A stretch of 64,000 nt of DNA from Auanema rhodensis (Eukaryota; Animalia; Nematoda), in contig OZ059900.1 of the NCBI GenBank assembly GCA_964057225.1, positions 15,004,001 through 15,068,000 of the forward strand, in the 5' to 3' direction. Under the pieces are notes generated by a model, which was not told the DNA's origin, did no database searches, and saw nothing but the letters and a program-made list of their open reading frames with translations. The position numbers and the translations under genes are program-made. Below, piece after piece: positions 63,490 to 64,000 of the stretch (positions are counted from its first letter, which is position 1; every line of letters begins with the position of its first letter).

Positions 63490-63855
63490 TTGAATTTGCA
63501 CTTAGAAACTTTCATTAAGAGTGTGAGTTTGAATTATAGTAGAAAAATGAAACACTGTCTCTAACATATCTTGATTTATGGCCTACTTTACTCAAAGAGC
63601 TAATTGAAGTTTGGTGTTAAAATGAACAATTGATTAACGCTGACGTTTCAATTTTTTTCATCGTAATTGAGATAGAACATTTAAATTAAATGGAAGTGTT
63701 TAAAAATTTAGAAAAAATCACAAGCTCAAATCACTTTTGAAAAAACAGAAAGTTTAAAACAACCTTTTTTCTAATAATTATCTTTTTAATTCGACTTTTG
63801 GAAGAAAACAAAAATAGCATAACATTCAATAACGATGAATCAGAACAAAAACATT

Positions 63856-63927
63856 CTCCCCGGCCGGGAATTGAACCCGGGTCTCGCATGTGACAGACGC
63901 GGATACTCACCACTATACTACCGAGGA
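63856..63927 (-). tRNA. tRNA-Asp-GTC: tRNA-Asp(GUC)
   Basis: as 101-172. Confidence 0.95.
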
Positions 63928-64000
63928 TTGAATTTGCACTTAGAAACTTTCATTCAGAGTGTGAGTTCGAATTATAGTAGAAAAATGAAACACTGTCTCT

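Larger units (their letters stand above)
40644..64000 (-). repeat. tRNA-Asp(GUC) gene tandem array, right arm (438-bp unit, 54 tRNA copies, open at window end)
   Basis: Same unit and orientation as the left arm; resumes at ctccccggcc (40644). Confidence 0.97.

Noticed and set aside
852-63913. Repeated 60-aa minus-strand ORF (MVSIRVCH...) and 65-67-aa plus-strand ORFs
   Set aside because: They are translations through the tRNA body and AT-rich spacer. The 60-aa ORF starts at GTG inside the D-loop, and the plus-strand ORFs open only through indels or the LTR. No coding signal.
1-64000. CRISPR-like repeat/spacer array
   Set aside because: The spacers are near-identical rather than unique, the periods are 438 and 342 bp, there are no cas genes, and the tRNA is eukaryotic.

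Overview
Entirely non-coding, AT-rich eukaryotic repeat DNA, most likely nematode: the tRNA matches the C. elegans-type tRNA-Asp(GUC) as I recall it, not verified by a search. There are three components. (1) A head-to-tail tandem array of 438-bp units, each carrying one intronless 72-nt tRNA-Asp(GUC) gene on the minus strand with a T5 Pol III terminator. It has 28 copies in 1-12409 and 54 copies in 40644-64000, and runs off both window edges. (2) A 300-bp TG...CA solo LTR with a 5-bp TSD inserted in one unit (1550-1849). (3) A 28.2-kb block of an unrelated 342-bp satellite (82 monomers, apparently an old 171+171 dimer) that splits the tRNA array. It ends in an inverted 170-bp half-monomer, so the whole block is bounded by 170-bp inverted repeats. 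Its right end abuts the discriminator base of an intact tRNA gene and supplies a replacement terminator. All listed ORFs are artefacts of the repeats. Variant positions and counts were read by eye and may be incomplete.
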